NCBI GenBank assembly: GCA_016926395.1
Contig: JAFGOT010000031.1
Span: 1-46,986 of the forward strand
Length of the DNA stretch: 46,986 nt
Direction: 5' to 3'
Source: Candidatus Woesearchaeota archaeon
GTDB taxonomy: Archaea; Nanobdellota; Nanobdellia; Woesearchaeales; SKGA01
Part shown: in pieces, positions 16,940 to 27,528 of the stretch
How the letters are laid out: each line of letters starts with the position of its first letter
Position numbering within the stretch: the first letter of the stretch is position 1
Made by a program: the position numbers and the translations under genes
The notes under the pieces: model-generated
The model's input: only the letters and a program-made list of their open reading frames with translations
Database searches by the model: none
Told to the model about the DNA's origin: nothing

Positions 16940-18025
16940 TTATTCCAAGAATGCTGGTATTATTTTGGGGTTTTTAAGAACTCCTTTTTCCAATAAGAGA
17001 AGATGTTGTATGCCTATTTTTCCTGCATATAATTTTTTTAAATCTCCACCTTCTTTTACGAATTTTCTAATTTTACAAAGTCCTTGAAAGTAAGCATGGT
17101 CTTTTAAGAATCCGCCTGGTTTTTTGGTGTCTCCAAGTCCTCGTTTTATACGCACGCACATTTTGAATGTTTTTTCATCGCCTTCCTCATCTTCTTCGAA
17201 ATATGGTCTGATGCTGTTATATATATCCATGAAGCTTCCTTTTGATGCAACGCTTGTCATTAGAACATTTCTAGCTAGTCTTTTTATTATATGTGGGTTT
17301 GAAACTCCTTGTTGTTCTTCATTATAGCTGGCTAATCCTTCTTCTGTTGATAGGTAATTTGGAAGTCCTGTGCTAAATATTTTGTATTCTTGTTGTCTTC
17401 CATTTTCTGACCGAAGAGCATGCGTTCCTATTTCGTGTATTATTAATTTCTGAACATGACTTTCTGAAAAATATGTTTCATCTCTTATTGTTATTTTCTT
17501 TTTTCCACCATTCACATTAACTGTCGAACTTGCATTTTTGTTATAATTTATTTTCCAATCATTAAGTCCATATTTTTCTAGTTCCTGTCTTAATTTATTT
17601 CCTAGTTCTTGTGAGCTAATCTCTTTTTCGCTTTCTTCTACTTCTTCTATCTCTTTATCTAATGTTTCTTTAGCTTTATCTAACGTTTCTTCATCGATTG
17701 GTTCAAACAAGTGTTCAGTATGAAATTTATCTGTTCCAATATTATCAAATTGTTCTGCAAATGAGAGAAGGTAATCTTTTATTTCACAAAAAAGTTTTCC
17801 TATTTCACTGTCATTTTCTATTTTTAATTTTTTCAAATCCTCAATTTTATTTTTAACATTATATTCCTTATATTTTAGTTGAGGGTTATAATTACAATCT
17901 TTTTTTACAAATAGTTCATATTCTTCATTGGTATTTATTGGTGTTATATGTGAGTAGTCTTCAAACTCTGATCTTATTCTTGTTAACACTTCATCGATTT
18001 CTTTTAGTTCTTCTTTAGAATTCAT
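16940..18025 (-). CDS. DUF1704 / MATCAP-like gluzincin metallopeptidase
   Basis: HEIGTH (HExxxH), LRSENG, TEEGLA, RIKRG, FLKDHAYFQG, LYAGKI. Confidence 0.85.
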   Translation of the reverse strand: MNSKEELKEIDEVLTRIRSEFEDYSHITPINTNEEYELFVKKDCNYNPQLKYKEYNVKNKIEDLKKLKIENDSEIGKLFCEIKDYLLSFAEQFDNIGTDKFHTEHLFEPIDEETLDKAKETLDKEIEEVEESEKEISSQELGNKLRQELEKYGLNDWKINYNKNASSTVNVNGGKKKITIRDETYFSESHVQKLIIHEIGTHALRSENGRQQEYKIFSTGLPNYLSTEEGLASYNEEQQGVSNPHIIKRLARNVLMTSVASKGSFMDIYNSIRPYFEEDEEGDEKTFKMCVRIKRGLGDTKKPGGFLKDHAYFQGLCKIRKFVKEGGDLKKLYAGKIGIQHLLLLEKGVLKNPKIIPAFLE

Positions 18026-18108
18026 ATCTTTTTCTTATTAATCTCGTCTTTAAATATATTACTAACATTTCCTAGTCTTTATAAATAAAAAGTGATTTTT
18101 ACTCATTA

Positions 18109-19806
18109 ATGACGATGGAATCATTTTCAAGAGCTCTTTGTGATGCTCTTGATGCTAATCCAAAACTTGACAAAGAAGGCATTGCTAAGCTTAAAATAAC
18201 TTTATGTAAAGAGCATGGTATTAAGAAGATTCCAACAGATATTGAGGTTCTCCTTAATTCTCCCTCTGATATAATGCATAAATTTCGTAAGCGTCTTCAA
18301 ACCAAACCTAATCGTTCACTTTCTGGTGTTGCTCCTTTGGCACTGATGACTTCTCCTGCTAAATGTCCTCATGGCAAATGCACTATTTGTCCTGGTGGTA
18401 TAGATTCTCCTTGGGGTGATATGCCTCAAAGTTACACTGGTGCAGAACCGGCTACAATGCGAGGAGTTAGGGCTAATTTTGATCCTTACATTCAAGTATT
18501 TAATCGTCTAGAACAATACCTTGTTACAGGTCACATTGCTGATAAAGTCGATGTTATTGTTATGGGGGGAACTTTTCCTGCTCGTTCAAAAGAATATCAA
18601 GACGATTTTATAACAAATATTTTCAAAGCGATGAATGATTTCTCAGATTTATTTTTTCCCAATGAAGAACTTGATTTTGAAAAATTCAAAGATTTTTTTG
18701 AGCTCCCCGGGGACGTTGGTGGCGAAGAAAGAACTAAACGCATTCACAAAAAAGTTTTGGAACTAAAAGGAAATTCAACTTTGGATGTTGAAAAAAAACG
18801 AAATGAAACTGCTGTTATTCGGTGTATTGGTTTAACTATCGAAACGAAACCAGATTGGGGTTTCTTAGATGAAGGAAATTTTATGCTTAATCAAGGTTGC
18901 ACTCGAGTAGAGCTTGGTATTCAATCAGTGTATGACTCTCCACTAAAACTAATAAATCGAGGTCATACTGTTGCTGATAATAAAAAGTCCATTCAAATAT
19001 TAAAAGATCTGGGATTTAAATTAAATTTTCACATGATGTTGGGATTGCCTTCTATTAATAAAGAACAAGACATTGAAGGAATTCGCTCTCTATTCACGGA
19101 TAGTAGTTTTCGACCTGATATGATTAAAATTTATCCTTGTATGGTTATGCCTGGAACTGGTCTTGAAGAACAATTTAAACGAGGAGAATTTATACCTATA
19201 ACAACTGAAACTGCTGCTGATATTATTAGCACTGTGATGGGCGATATTCCAACTTATTGTCGTCTAATGCGTGTTCAACGAGATATTCCAACTTATAGAA
19301 CCACTGCGGGTGTTTCAAAAACAAATCTTCGTCAAGATGTTGATAAACTTATGAACGAGAAAGGGATTGTGTCAAGAGACATTCGGGCAAGAGAATCAGG
19401 AAGGAAAGAAACAACAGAAAAACCTGATGTTAAGCTTATTGTAACTGAATACGATGCTAGTGGTGGAAAAGAATTTTTTATTTCATTTGAAGATGTCGCT
19501 AATGATGTTCTTTATGGTTTTTGTCGTCTTCGATTTCCAAGTATGCAATTAAGGGAAGAATTTACTCCATCAACTGCAATAATTCGTGAACTTCATGTTT
19601 ATGGTAGTGCTGTTGGTATTGGTACTGATGACTCTTCTTCATCTCAACACAAAGGTTATGGAAAACAACTTCTTGCAAAAGCAGAAAATATTGCTAAAGA
19701 AAATAGCTATGACAAAATGCTTGTAATCTCTGGCGTCGGAGTTAGAGCGTATTATCGAAAGTTTGGTTATGTTTTGGAAGGTCCTTACATGAGCAAATTA
19801 ATTTAA
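18109..19806 (+). CDS. elp3: tRNA uridine(34) acetyltransferase Elp3 (radical SAM + GNAT)
   Basis: RSLSGVAP, CPHGKCTICPGG, PQSYTG.EPA, IETKPDW, TRVELGIQS, RVQRDIP, IRELHVYG, QHKGYG, VISGVGVRAYY. TATA box at 18078-18085. Confidence 0.97.
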   Translation: MTMESFSRALCDALDANPKLDKEGIAKLKITLCKEHGIKKIPTDIEVLLNSPSDIMHKFRKRLQTKPNRSLSGVAPLALMTSPAKCPHGKCTICPGGIDSPWGDMPQSYTGAEPATMRGVRANFDPYIQVFNRLEQYLVTGHIADKVDVIVMGGTFPARSKEYQDDFITNIFKAMNDFSDLFFPNEELDFEKFKDFFELPGDVGGEERTKRIHKKVLELKGNSTLDVEKKRNETAVIRCIGLTIETKPDWGFLDEGNFMLNQGCTRVELGIQSVYDSPLKLINRGHTVADNKKSIQILKDLGFKLNFHMMLGLPSINKEQDIEGIRSLFTDSSFRPDMIKIYPCMVMPGTGLEEQFKRGEFIPITTETAADIISTVMGDIPTYCRLMRVQRDIPTYRTTAGVSKTNLRQDVDKLMNEKGIVSRDIRARESGRKETTEKPDVKLIVTEYDASGGKEFFISFEDVANDVLYGFCRLRFPSMQLREEFTPSTAIIRELHVYGSAVGIGTDDSSSSQHKGYGKQLLAKAENIAKENSYDKMLVISGVGVRAYYRKFGYVLEGPYMSKLI

Positions 19807-19812
19807 CGAGTT

Positions 19813-20328
19813 TTATTTTTTCATCGCTTCTTTAACTAACGCATCAACAAATTCTTTTTTGTATTGACGATACTTCTCACCTTCTCCTTTGGCGTATGTC
19901 GAACCTTCTTTTTTTACTTTTGCGTATTCTTCTTGGACTCCCTTGTTATTTCTCAAATAATCTCTAAATTTTAACATTTCTTCCCATGATTTGCCATTTA
20001 TTTCAACCAACTGAATGTGTATTCGTCGTTCTTTTCCTGCGTATTTAATTATTTTCCTAAAAAATAATCTATTTTTATCTCCGCCATTTGGTCTAAATTC
20101 GAAGCCTATTTTTTCTAATTTATTTTTTGAATGAAGAATATCTGACTTTTTAACACCTATTCCAATATCAATAATTCCTTTTCCTCCAAGGCCTGGGACT
20201 GCAGAGCTGCCCACGTGCTCTATTGTTGCGTTTTTAATTGCTTTTTGGATTAGTTTTTTTTCAACTCTAAATTGGTTTTCATATTTTCGATCATATTTTT
20301 TAAACTCATATTTCTCTTCTTCTATCAT
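19813..20328 (-). CDS. GrpB family (UPF0157) nucleotidyltransferase-fold protein
   Basis: IEHVGSSAVPGLGGKGIIDI, HIQL, FRDYLR, Y...K. Confidence 0.9.
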   Translation of the reverse strand: MIEEEKYEFKKYDRKYENQFRVEKKLIQKAIKNATIEHVGSSAVPGLGGKGIIDIGIGVKKSDILHSKNKLEKIGFEFRPNGGDKNRLFFRKIIKYAGKERRIHIQLVEINGKSWEEMLKFRDYLRNNKGVQEEYAKVKKEGSTYAKGEGEKYRQYKKEFVDALVKEAMKK

Positions 20329-20419
20329 TTTAGAGTTATTTGTCTATTCTTGTTTATTAATGTGGTTATTATTTTTCTCCACAACATTTTTAAAGACTCT
20401 TTATTGCTATTGTGTTATT

Positions 20420-21586
20420 ATGGAAGTTCCAGCATTCTTAGCAAAACATTGGATTACTATTGCTTTCTACACTGCAATAATCTTATTACTAGTTATTAAT
20501 CGAAAGAAATTCGAGTTTCAAGGTAAAATAATTGCCATGCGAAAAACTCAATTTGGTATTCCTTGGATGGAAAAATTTGCTAAGAAGCACGGTGAAACTA
20601 TTAAAATTTTTGGCTATGCTGGTATTGGTATTGGTTTTGCAGGCATGGTTTTCATATTTGGTTATGTGATTAAAGCTTTTATTGAGTTATTTACTAATCC
20701 TGCCGCTCCTGCTGCATTTTCTCTTGTTCTTCCTGGTGTCAACATTCCAGGTAGTCCTATTTACATTCCATTGTGGGTTATAGGTGCTTTGTTTGTTGTT
20801 GTTCTCCTTCATGAAGCAGGTCACGGTATTGTAGCTAAGGCTCATAATGTTAAAATTAGAAATACTGGAATTGTTTTTTTCGGACCTTTAATTGGTGCTT
20901 TTGTTGACCCTGATGAAAAACAAATTGAAAAAAGTAGTGATGTTGTAAAATATTCTATTTTTGCAGCAGGTCCTTTTGCAAATTTCTTGACTGCTGCTGT
21001 TGCTTTGTTGTTTATTGTAGCTCTTTTTAATCCTTTAACTGCAGCAATGGTTACTCCTGTTGGCTTTTCATTTAATGGAGTTCAAGACGGTCTTCCTGCG
21101 CAAATTGCAGGACTTCAACCTAATGTTGATTATAATGCGATAAATGGGGTAAACGTAACTTCTGCTGATGATTTATTGGCCGTATTATCTGTCATGGGTC
21201 CTAATGAAACTCTGACTATTGGAAATGCGACCGACACACTAACCATACTTACTGGATCTCATCCTGATGATTCTAGTAAGGCCTATCTTGGAGTAACTGG
21301 TGTGAATACCGAAACACAAGTTAAAGACAACATTCCTAATTGGATTTATGTTATTTTTAGATGGATTGCAGAATTCTTTTTCTGGATATTTGTTTTAAGC
21401 ATTGGTCTTGGTGCTTTTAACCTGTTGCCTCTTGGTCCTGTTGATGGTGGACAAATGATTAGACTTGCTCTTGAAAAAACCAAAGGTGAAAAGAGAGGTC
21501 GAATGATTTGGGGAAAACTAGCTATGATATTGTTTATCATGATTCTTTTCTTAGTTTTCTTACCTATAATTAGAAGTGTATTTTGA
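20420..21586 (+). CDS. site-2 protease (M50) with PDZ-like insert
   Basis: HEAGHG, GAFVDPD, AAGPFAN, FNLLPLGPVDGG. ATG at 20420 preferred. Confidence 0.93.
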   Translation: MEVPAFLAKHWITIAFYTAIILLLVINRKKFEFQGKIIAMRKTQFGIPWMEKFAKKHGETIKIFGYAGIGIGFAGMVFIFGYVIKAFIELFTNPAAPAAFSLVLPGVNIPGSPIYIPLWVIGALFVVVLLHEAGHGIVAKAHNVKIRNTGIVFFGPLIGAFVDPDEKQIEKSSDVVKYSIFAAGPFANFLTAAVALLFIVALFNPLTAAMVTPVGFSFNGVQDGLPAQIAGLQPNVDYNAINGVNVTSADDLLAVLSVMGPNETLTIGNATDTLTILTGSHPDDSSKAYLGVTGVNTETQVKDNIPNWIYVIFRWIAEFFFWIFVLSIGLGAFNLLPLGPVDGGQMIRLALEKTKGEKRGRMIWGKLAMILFIMILFLVFLPIIRSVF

Positions 21587-21603
21587 TTTTTTTAAGAATT
21601 AGT

Positions 21604-22272
21604 TTATCCAAAAAAAGCTTTTCGAAGCTTTTTTCCACGAATAAATTTTTGTAGTTTTTTCTCTATGTTTTTATCGTGGAATTTTTTTTCATCTGCTCTA
21701 AATGCGGGAGTGTGATATTGTCCTCGACCGTTTTTAGTCTTAAAAGAATGTTTTTTATGAAGAAGTTCATGATACAAAACGTACTTTATTAATTCTCTAT
21801 CTGTTTTTAATGAACTGCTTATTGTGATTAAGTCTTTATGATAATTGTAATTTCCAAGAACTGTTAATGTTTTGTTTCCAAAAATCATTGTAGGTCTGTC
21901 AAGTAGTCCTGAAAAGTACTCTTCATTAAGTTCCTCAAATAATTCTTCTAAAAGGTCATCTCCTTTTTTTGCTTTTGTATATGTTCCTATGTGTTTTAAG
22001 AAATTGTGGTAAAATTCTTGTTCTACTGTTTGAATATTGGTTTTGTAAACTTTGTTTAATAGATGTTGAATAACTCCAACTATTATACTTTCATCACTTT
22101 CTTGAAACTCTCTTGATAGGCCAAATTCAAGTCCTGTGACTATTCTTCCTATTTTTTCAATTCTAACATTCGCGTTATATTCACTAAATTTACCTGAGAA
22201 TTTAATCGTTAATCTAGGTGGTGTTTTTTGTGGAAACAGTGATTTAAAAGCTTTTGAAGCTAATTCTTCCAT
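21604..22272 (-). CDS. SprT/YgjP-like zinc metallopeptidase
   Basis: LFEELNEEYF, LGNY, YVLYHELLH, H..AFR. Confidence 0.8.
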   Translation of the reverse strand: MEELASKAFKSLFPQKTPPRLTIKFSGKFSEYNANVRIEKIGRIVTGLEFGLSREFQESDESIIVGVIQHLLNKVYKTNIQTVEQEFYHNFLKHIGTYTKAKKGDDLLEELFEELNEEYFSGLLDRPTMIFGNKTLTVLGNYNYHKDLITISSSLKTDRELIKYVLYHELLHKKHSFKTKNGRGQYHTPAFRADEKKFHDKNIEKKLQKFIRGKKLRKAFFG

Positions 22273-22353
22273 ATTGTAAGAAGAAAGTGTTTTCCTGTTA
22301 AAAGCCTTTCTTTAGGAGAAGATTTTTAAACTAGTTTTATTTAAATATTCTTT

Positions 22354-23472
22354 ATGGTTGTTATTAAGGATCCAATCTATAAACTTATTGAGATAGAAGA
22401 TGAGTTTCTTTCTATTATTGATAATCCTTATTTTCAACGCCTTAGAAACATAAAACAAAATGCATTGTTGTTTTATGTTTATCCTTCTGCTAAACATGAT
22501 AGGTTTTCTCATTCTCTTGGAACATATCACTTAATGAAACAAGTTGTTAATAATGATAAGATGAAATTATCTGACAAAGATAAGTTTAATCTAAAAGCTG
22601 CGGCTCTTTTGCACGATGTTGGTCATGGTCCTTATAGTCATTTATGGGAACATTTAATTCCTAATTTTAATCATGAAGAAATGTCTGCTAATATTATCAG
22701 GGAAATTTTTGGTCTGCCCGAAGTTGCTTCTATTGTTGAAAAGGATCATCCTTATCATAAACTTTTATCTTCTGTTATCGATGTTGATAAACTTGATTAT
22801 ATGGTTCGTGACTCTTACTTTTGTGGTGTTGGTTATGGAAATTCTGATATGGAGCGAATTGTTAGATCCTTATCGGTTGAGGATGGTAAATTAGTCATTG
22901 ACCCTAAACTCGTTTCTTCTGTTGAGCATGTTATTACTGGTCGTATTAGTCTTTACAAAGCAACATACTTTCATCCGGCTTGTCGTGCTAAAGATGCTTT
23001 GATGGAGTCTATATTTAATTGTGCTAAAGATTTATACCAATCCGGCGAAGATATTTTTGTTGATGAACTTCTTTCAAGATTTTTAGATCAATCATTTAAT
23101 ATTCAAGATTTTCTTCACATGACTGATACTATTGTCGAATACCACATTCACGTTTGGTGCTCCTCAAAAAATCCTGTTCTTTATGATTTAGCAAATCGTT
23201 TCTTTTACAGGAAAAGTTTTGTTGCACGCGATTTATCTCTTGTTGATTCTGAGTACGTTAAAGAGAGAAAAGAACGTGTTGCCAAGAAATACTTATTGCC
23301 TCTTTATTTTCATGAAGATAATATCGTTAAAGGTGTTTATGAAAATGAGGTTTATGTTAAGAAACCAAGTGGTGAACTTGTTGCGTTGTCTAAGTTTTCA
23401 GAACACATTGCAGGCATTATTAAAACACCAATTAAAATTAACTTAGTTATTTTTCCTAAAGAATTTATTTGA
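22354..23472 (+). CDS. HD-domain phosphohydrolase (SAMHD1/dNTP triphosphohydrolase-like)
   Basis: DPIY, FQRLRNIKQ, YPSAKHDRFSHSLG, LLHDVGHGPYSH, DVDKLDYMVRD, YFH. Confidence 0.92.
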   Translation: MVVIKDPIYKLIEIEDEFLSIIDNPYFQRLRNIKQNALLFYVYPSAKHDRFSHSLGTYHLMKQVVNNDKMKLSDKDKFNLKAAALLHDVGHGPYSHLWEHLIPNFNHEEMSANIIREIFGLPEVASIVEKDHPYHKLLSSVIDVDKLDYMVRDSYFCGVGYGNSDMERIVRSLSVEDGKLVIDPKLVSSVEHVITGRISLYKATYFHPACRAKDALMESIFNCAKDLYQSGEDIFVDELLSRFLDQSFNIQDFLHMTDTIVEYHIHVWCSSKNPVLYDLANRFFYRKSFVARDLSLVDSEYVKERKERVAKKYLLPLYFHEDNIVKGVYENEVYVKKPSGELVALSKFSEHIAGIIKTPIKINLVIFPKEFI

Positions 23473-23478
23473 TTTTAT

Positions 23479-24600
23479 CTATTCAGCCGGGTATCTTAAA
23501 ATTGCGGCTATTTTACCCATGTCTCGAAGTTGCACTCCTTCTCGGGTTTCAACGCTAATAATTTCTAACTCAGAATTTAATTTTTCAGCTTCTTTTTCTA
23601 GGAATTCTATTTTCTCATCATCCATTGCTTCACTCACAAGAATTACTTCCACAGCCCCTATTTGTGTTAAACGCAAGACATCATCGTATCCATATGTTAC
23701 TTTGTTTGATTCTTTTGATAACATTTCAAAAAATCTTTGCATTAATTTTTTCTCTTGCATAACTTCTTCTTCTGCTAGTATGTCTTCAGATTTCTCAACT
23801 AGTTCTTGAAGTCCAAAATCTCCTGTGTATGAAAGATCTTTAATTCCAATAATTTTTCTTTTTAATTGATCAGTAATATAATTTCCTTCAGCAAAGTCAA
23901 ATTTTGTATGCCCTGGTCCACCTATTATTATTCCTTGTATTGCTGTTTGATTTTCAAGAAATTCTTCTGTCATAGTTTGGGCGATTCTCTTGTAGAATTC
24001 AATTGCAGCTCCTTCTCTTAATCTTTCAAAACGTTGAGCGGATTGCCCTCCTGTTTTGTGTTTTCCAGGTACTGCACTATGCATATCTTTAATCGGGATG
24101 ATTGTCTTACCTTTTAGAATTGCAACGTCTCCTTCTCTTTTATCCATAACTACCAATCCAAAAATAATTTTATCATCAATTATTTCTTTTATAGGTTCTG
24201 TTACGAATTCTTTGTCACAACGATAAAGGTTTTGCTTTAATGGTATTGGCGGTTCAAGACCCCATACTCTATAATCTTGTTGGCCTTCTCTTTCAGCAGC
24301 GTTTCCTGCAAAAGCAACTAATCCGTTTTTTGGAGTAGATTTGAATGTTTTTAGGTATTGAACCATTTTTTCAAGGCTTGCTATGACGTTGTCTCTTGTA
24401 GATTTACTTTTGATGTTTGTTGCAGTTCCTTGTTCTTGTTGTAGTTGTTGGATTTTGCCGTTTATATCGTAGCCTGCAGGAATGTATACACTAATTAATT
24501 CTGTGTGTCGGCCTTTAATAGATTCCACTTCTTTTAGAAAATGTTTTATGTGGTACTTATCTTTGGCACTGATTCTTTGTAGTTTATCTCCTTCAGCCAT
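23479..24600 (-). CDS. prf1: peptide chain release factor aRF1
   Basis: HTELISVYIP, TATNIKS, YRCDKEF, GGQSAQRFER, GGPG, IAAILRY. TATA box at 24624-24631. Confidence 0.97.
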   Translation of the reverse strand: MAEGDKLQRISAKDKYHIKHFLKEVESIKGRHTELISVYIPAGYDINGKIQQLQQEQGTATNIKSKSTRDNVIASLEKMVQYLKTFKSTPKNGLVAFAGNAAEREGQQDYRVWGLEPPIPLKQNLYRCDKEFVTEPIKEIIDDKIIFGLVVMDKREGDVAILKGKTIIPIKDMHSAVPGKHKTGGQSAQRFERLREGAAIEFYKRIAQTMTEEFLENQTAIQGIIIGGPGHTKFDFAEGNYITDQLKRKIIGIKDLSYTGDFGLQELVEKSEDILAEEEVMQEKKLMQRFFEMLSKESNKVTYGYDDVLRLTQIGAVEVILVSEAMDDEKIEFLEKEAEKLNSELEIISVETREGVQLRDMGKIAAILRYPAE

Positions 24601-24638
24601 TATACCTAAGAAATGAGTCTTTATTTATAAATGCTACT

Positions 24639-25373
24639 CTAGGCTCTAGAAATGTGGTTTTCAGCGTCTATAATGCCCCATTCGATGTTTTTTAGAGCTT
24701 GTTTTTCATATTTTTCTTTAAAGAATTCTGTGTAAAATAATTTTTCTTGTTCCAAGAATCTCTCAAAGACTATTTTCCTATTTTTCCAGTATTGCACCTC
24801 TCCCACAAAATCATATTCTTTGCGTAATGCTTCACTATATATTTTGAATGTTTTGAGATCTAAACCTAAAACGACTAAATCTAAATCTGCAATTATTTTT
24901 TCGTCATTTGTTTGGGGTGTTGTACTGTGTTTTGTTGCTAGTATTAATTTTTTGATTTTTTGTGATTCTTCTTCTAAAATTCCATTGTCTATGCATTGGT
25001 TATAAGCTAGTTCTGCACTTTTTTCTTCATTATCTTTTTTTGTTGGGTCATATATTGCATCATGAAACCAGATTGCTATTTTTATTGCTGTTTTATCTTC
25101 AGCTATGTCTTCGGAATTATTTAACCCATCAAGCATGTGTGAAACGTGTGTTATGTTGTGATATGCTCGATGTGGTTTTTGGTGGTGTTCAAGAATAATA
25201 TCAAATACTTTTTCTGCATTTGTTCCGCCTTTATTTTCCCAAGCTTGTTTAAACGCTTTTTTATTCCCCTTAAATTGAATAAGAATTTTTTCAAACTCTT
25301 CGTTTGATATTTTATTTTTGATTTTTTGTTCCCATCCTTCTTCTTTGATGAGTTTTTCTATTTCAGGACTCAT
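24639..25373 (-). CDS. HD-domain metal-dependent phosphohydrolase (COG4339-like)
   Basis: HRAYHNITH, WFHDAIYDP, NEEKSA, ATKH, DLDL..LG, REYDFV-like segment. Confidence 0.88.
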   Translation of the reverse strand: MSPEIEKLIKEEGWEQKIKNKISNEEFEKILIQFKGNKKAFKQAWENKGGTNAEKVFDIILEHHQKPHRAYHNITHVSHMLDGLNNSEDIAEDKTAIKIAIWFHDAIYDPTKKDNEEKSAELAYNQCIDNGILEEESQKIKKLILATKHSTTPQTNDEKIIADLDLVVLGLDLKTFKIYSEALRKEYDFVGEVQYWKNRKIVFERFLEQEKLFYTEFFKEKYEKQALKNIEWGIIDAENHISRA

Positions 25374-25412
25374 TTTTTTAACCTTGTCAAAAAATACTCA
25401 ATTGTTTGTATT

Positions 25413-25922
25413 TTATTCTTCGTCTTTCCTAAGTTCTAAAATACTTCTTTTTTGATGGCCCAAAACATCTCCTGATATGCCATCAATTTTAGTTGTTATC
25501 ATTGCAAACGAAGCGCTTATTGCTGTTACATTATATATTGGTTTATTCTCAATTGATTGCAGGATAAAAATATAGTTATTGATTAATTCACCTTTGTATT
25601 CTTTATCAATTACTTCGTGAACAATATCTAGTGCCTTGTCTGATTCTAACAATTCTTCTGTGTGGAGCTTAGCGATCACTCCTCCCTCTTTGAATGCTTC
25701 TTCAAATTCTCCTCGTTTAATTATTGGTTCAATAGTAAATGTTGTAATATTATCTTTTTCTGGAGAATAAAAACCAAACTGCCATTGCTTGTTTTCATCT
25801 CCTTTTTGGTCAAGTTGAACAAAGCAATGTGCTAGGTAGTAATCTGGATAGTTGGTATGAAATTCTTTGTATTTTTCTGAATCATAAATTGTTTGTAGCA
25901 TTGGTTTTATTTTTTTTACCAT
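25413..25922 (-). CDS. conserved hypothetical protein (PepSY-like fold possible)
   Basis: 169-aa ORF with typical codon use; WQFGFY and KIDGISGDV. No recognised catalytic motif. Confidence 0.7.
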   Translation of the reverse strand: MVKKIKPMLQTIYDSEKYKEFHTNYPDYYLAHCFVQLDQKGDENKQWQFGFYSPEKDNITTFTIEPIIKRGEFEEAFKEGGVIAKLHTEELLESDKALDIVHEVIDKEYKGELINNYIFILQSIENKPIYNVTAISASFAMITTKIDGISGDVLGHQKRSILELRKDEE

Positions 25923-26017
25923 TTCAAAATGTTTATTTGTGCGCTTTATATTATTTTCTCTTGAAAGGTGTTTTCCTTAATTAATTTTAAATAGTCTTGT
26001 TATATTTTTAGAAGTAT

Positions 26018-26533
26018 ATGTCAAAAAAGATTATTATGGTTATTGCTCAAGAAGGCTTTCGTGATGAAGAGCTTTTAGAGCCTAAAGCTCTTTTTGAAGA
26101 GCGTGGTTATGATGTTCAAATTGCATCACCCGAAAAAGGCCTTTGTAAAGGGATGTTAGGTGCCGTTTTAGAATCTGATGTGGCGTTAGCTGATGTTGTT
26201 ATTGATAAAACTGTGGCTGCTTTAGTGGTTGTTGGTGGTGCTAACTCTCCAAGTCTTATGGATTATCCTGTTTTGGGAAAAATTCTAAAAGATGTTCGTT
26301 CTAAAAATATTGTTCTTGGTGCTATTTGTTTAGCTCCTATGATTGTTGCTTCCTTTGGTGTTATTGATGAAATTCACGCTACTGTTTACAAAACAGATGA
26401 CTCTATGAGTATGTTCAAAAATCATAAAATAATCTATTTTCAAGAAGATGTTCTTGTTGATGAAAAAATAGTTACTGCAAACGGCCCTCATGCCGCAACA
26501 ATTTTCGCTGAAGAAGTGCTTTCAACTATTTAG
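26018..26533 (+). CDS. DJ-1/PfpI family protein
   Basis: GFRDEEL..P, VVGG, GAICLAP nucleophile elbow, IVTANGP. Confidence 0.93.
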   Translation: MSKKIIMVIAQEGFRDEELLEPKALFEERGYDVQIASPEKGLCKGMLGAVLESDVALADVVIDKTVAALVVVGGANSPSLMDYPVLGKILKDVRSKNIVLGAICLAPMIVASFGVIDEIHATVYKTDDSMSMFKNHKIIYFQEDVLVDEKIVTANGPHAATIFAEEVLSTI

Positions 26534-27225
26534 AATCTTTTACTTTTACTCCCTATTATTTTTTTAGCTTTAGGGATGTTTTTTAATTCGACGAATTCTT
26601 TTATTTTATTTTTTAATCTTTTATCGTGTAAGTCATTTAAATCAATAATTGTTCCTTTTGGTCCGGGATTGTGAATTAGTGTATCTCCTATTAAATCGTA
26701 TTTTTCTTCTCCTTCATGAATGTGTCCTGCAAAACTAGCAAGAGGTTGAATGTCCTCAAGTGCTTCTCTAAAACTTAAAGTTCCCGAATGATAATCACTA
26801 AATGGAATATCTAATTTGGTGTTATATGGTGGAGCGTGAAATATGATTATTGTTTTATTTGGATTTCTAATGTGTTTTTTTACTTCCTCTATAAATAATT
26901 CGAATTGTTCATCGATGTGATTGAATCCTCCCCCTCCATATGTTATTATGTCAAAGTCATCAATAGAAATTATTTCCTGATCTGAAAAATGAAGATTTTC
27001 GTGGGGTTCACAAGCTGATTTCATGTGTTCTTTATGTTCGTGATTTCCGTACATCATAATTACTTTTCGAGGAAATTTCGCAATTATATCTACTAGTTCC
27101 ATCCCTTCTCCAAAGTATGTAAGGTCTCCAAGGAATATTATTACGTCTGCTTCTTTTGATTTTTCGTATACTTCCAAAAGACTTTCTACATCCGCGTGTG
27201 TATCTCCAAACACTAGTACTTTCAT
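26530..27225 (-). CDS. metallophosphoesterase (calcineurin-like, Icc-related)
   Basis: GDTH, LGDL, GNHE, HAPP, GHIHE, NPG. Confidence 0.93.
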   Translation of the reverse strand: MKVLVFGDTHADVESLLEVYEKSKEADVIIFLGDLTYFGEGMELVDIIAKFPRKVIMMYGNHEHKEHMKSACEPHENLHFSDQEIISIDDFDIITYGGGGFNHIDEQFELFIEEVKKHIRNPNKTIIIFHAPPYNTKLDIPFSDYHSGTLSFREALEDIQPLASFAGHIHEGEEKYDLIGDTLIHNPGPKGTIIDLNDLHDKRLKNKIKEFVELKNIPKAKKIIGSKSKRF

Positions 27226-27528
27226 TTTTTCTCAAGCTAAAAAATCGTCTTTTATTTATATATGCTTCATAATTGATTGGTGGCCGGTTGGTTTTTTGTT
27301 TTATATTTAAAGACTATTTTGTTATTATTTACTTATTATTAGTTATATTTAATCTTTTTTAATTATTAACAAGCATTTTTAAGTATATTGGATTATTTAT
27401 AATCTTTTTTAAGTATTTTTTAGTGTATATACTTTTGATAATAGAAATATTTATAAATGGAGATTTCAACTATTTTTATAGTTGATTTGCTTTGCCATTA
27501 CAACTAATCGCGATTTAATTTTAGGTGT

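Noticed and set aside
22354-25373. HD proteins as a Cas3 or anti-phage defence island
   Set aside because: They are common stand-alone HD families flanking aRF1, with no helicase fusion, cas genes or other defence context.
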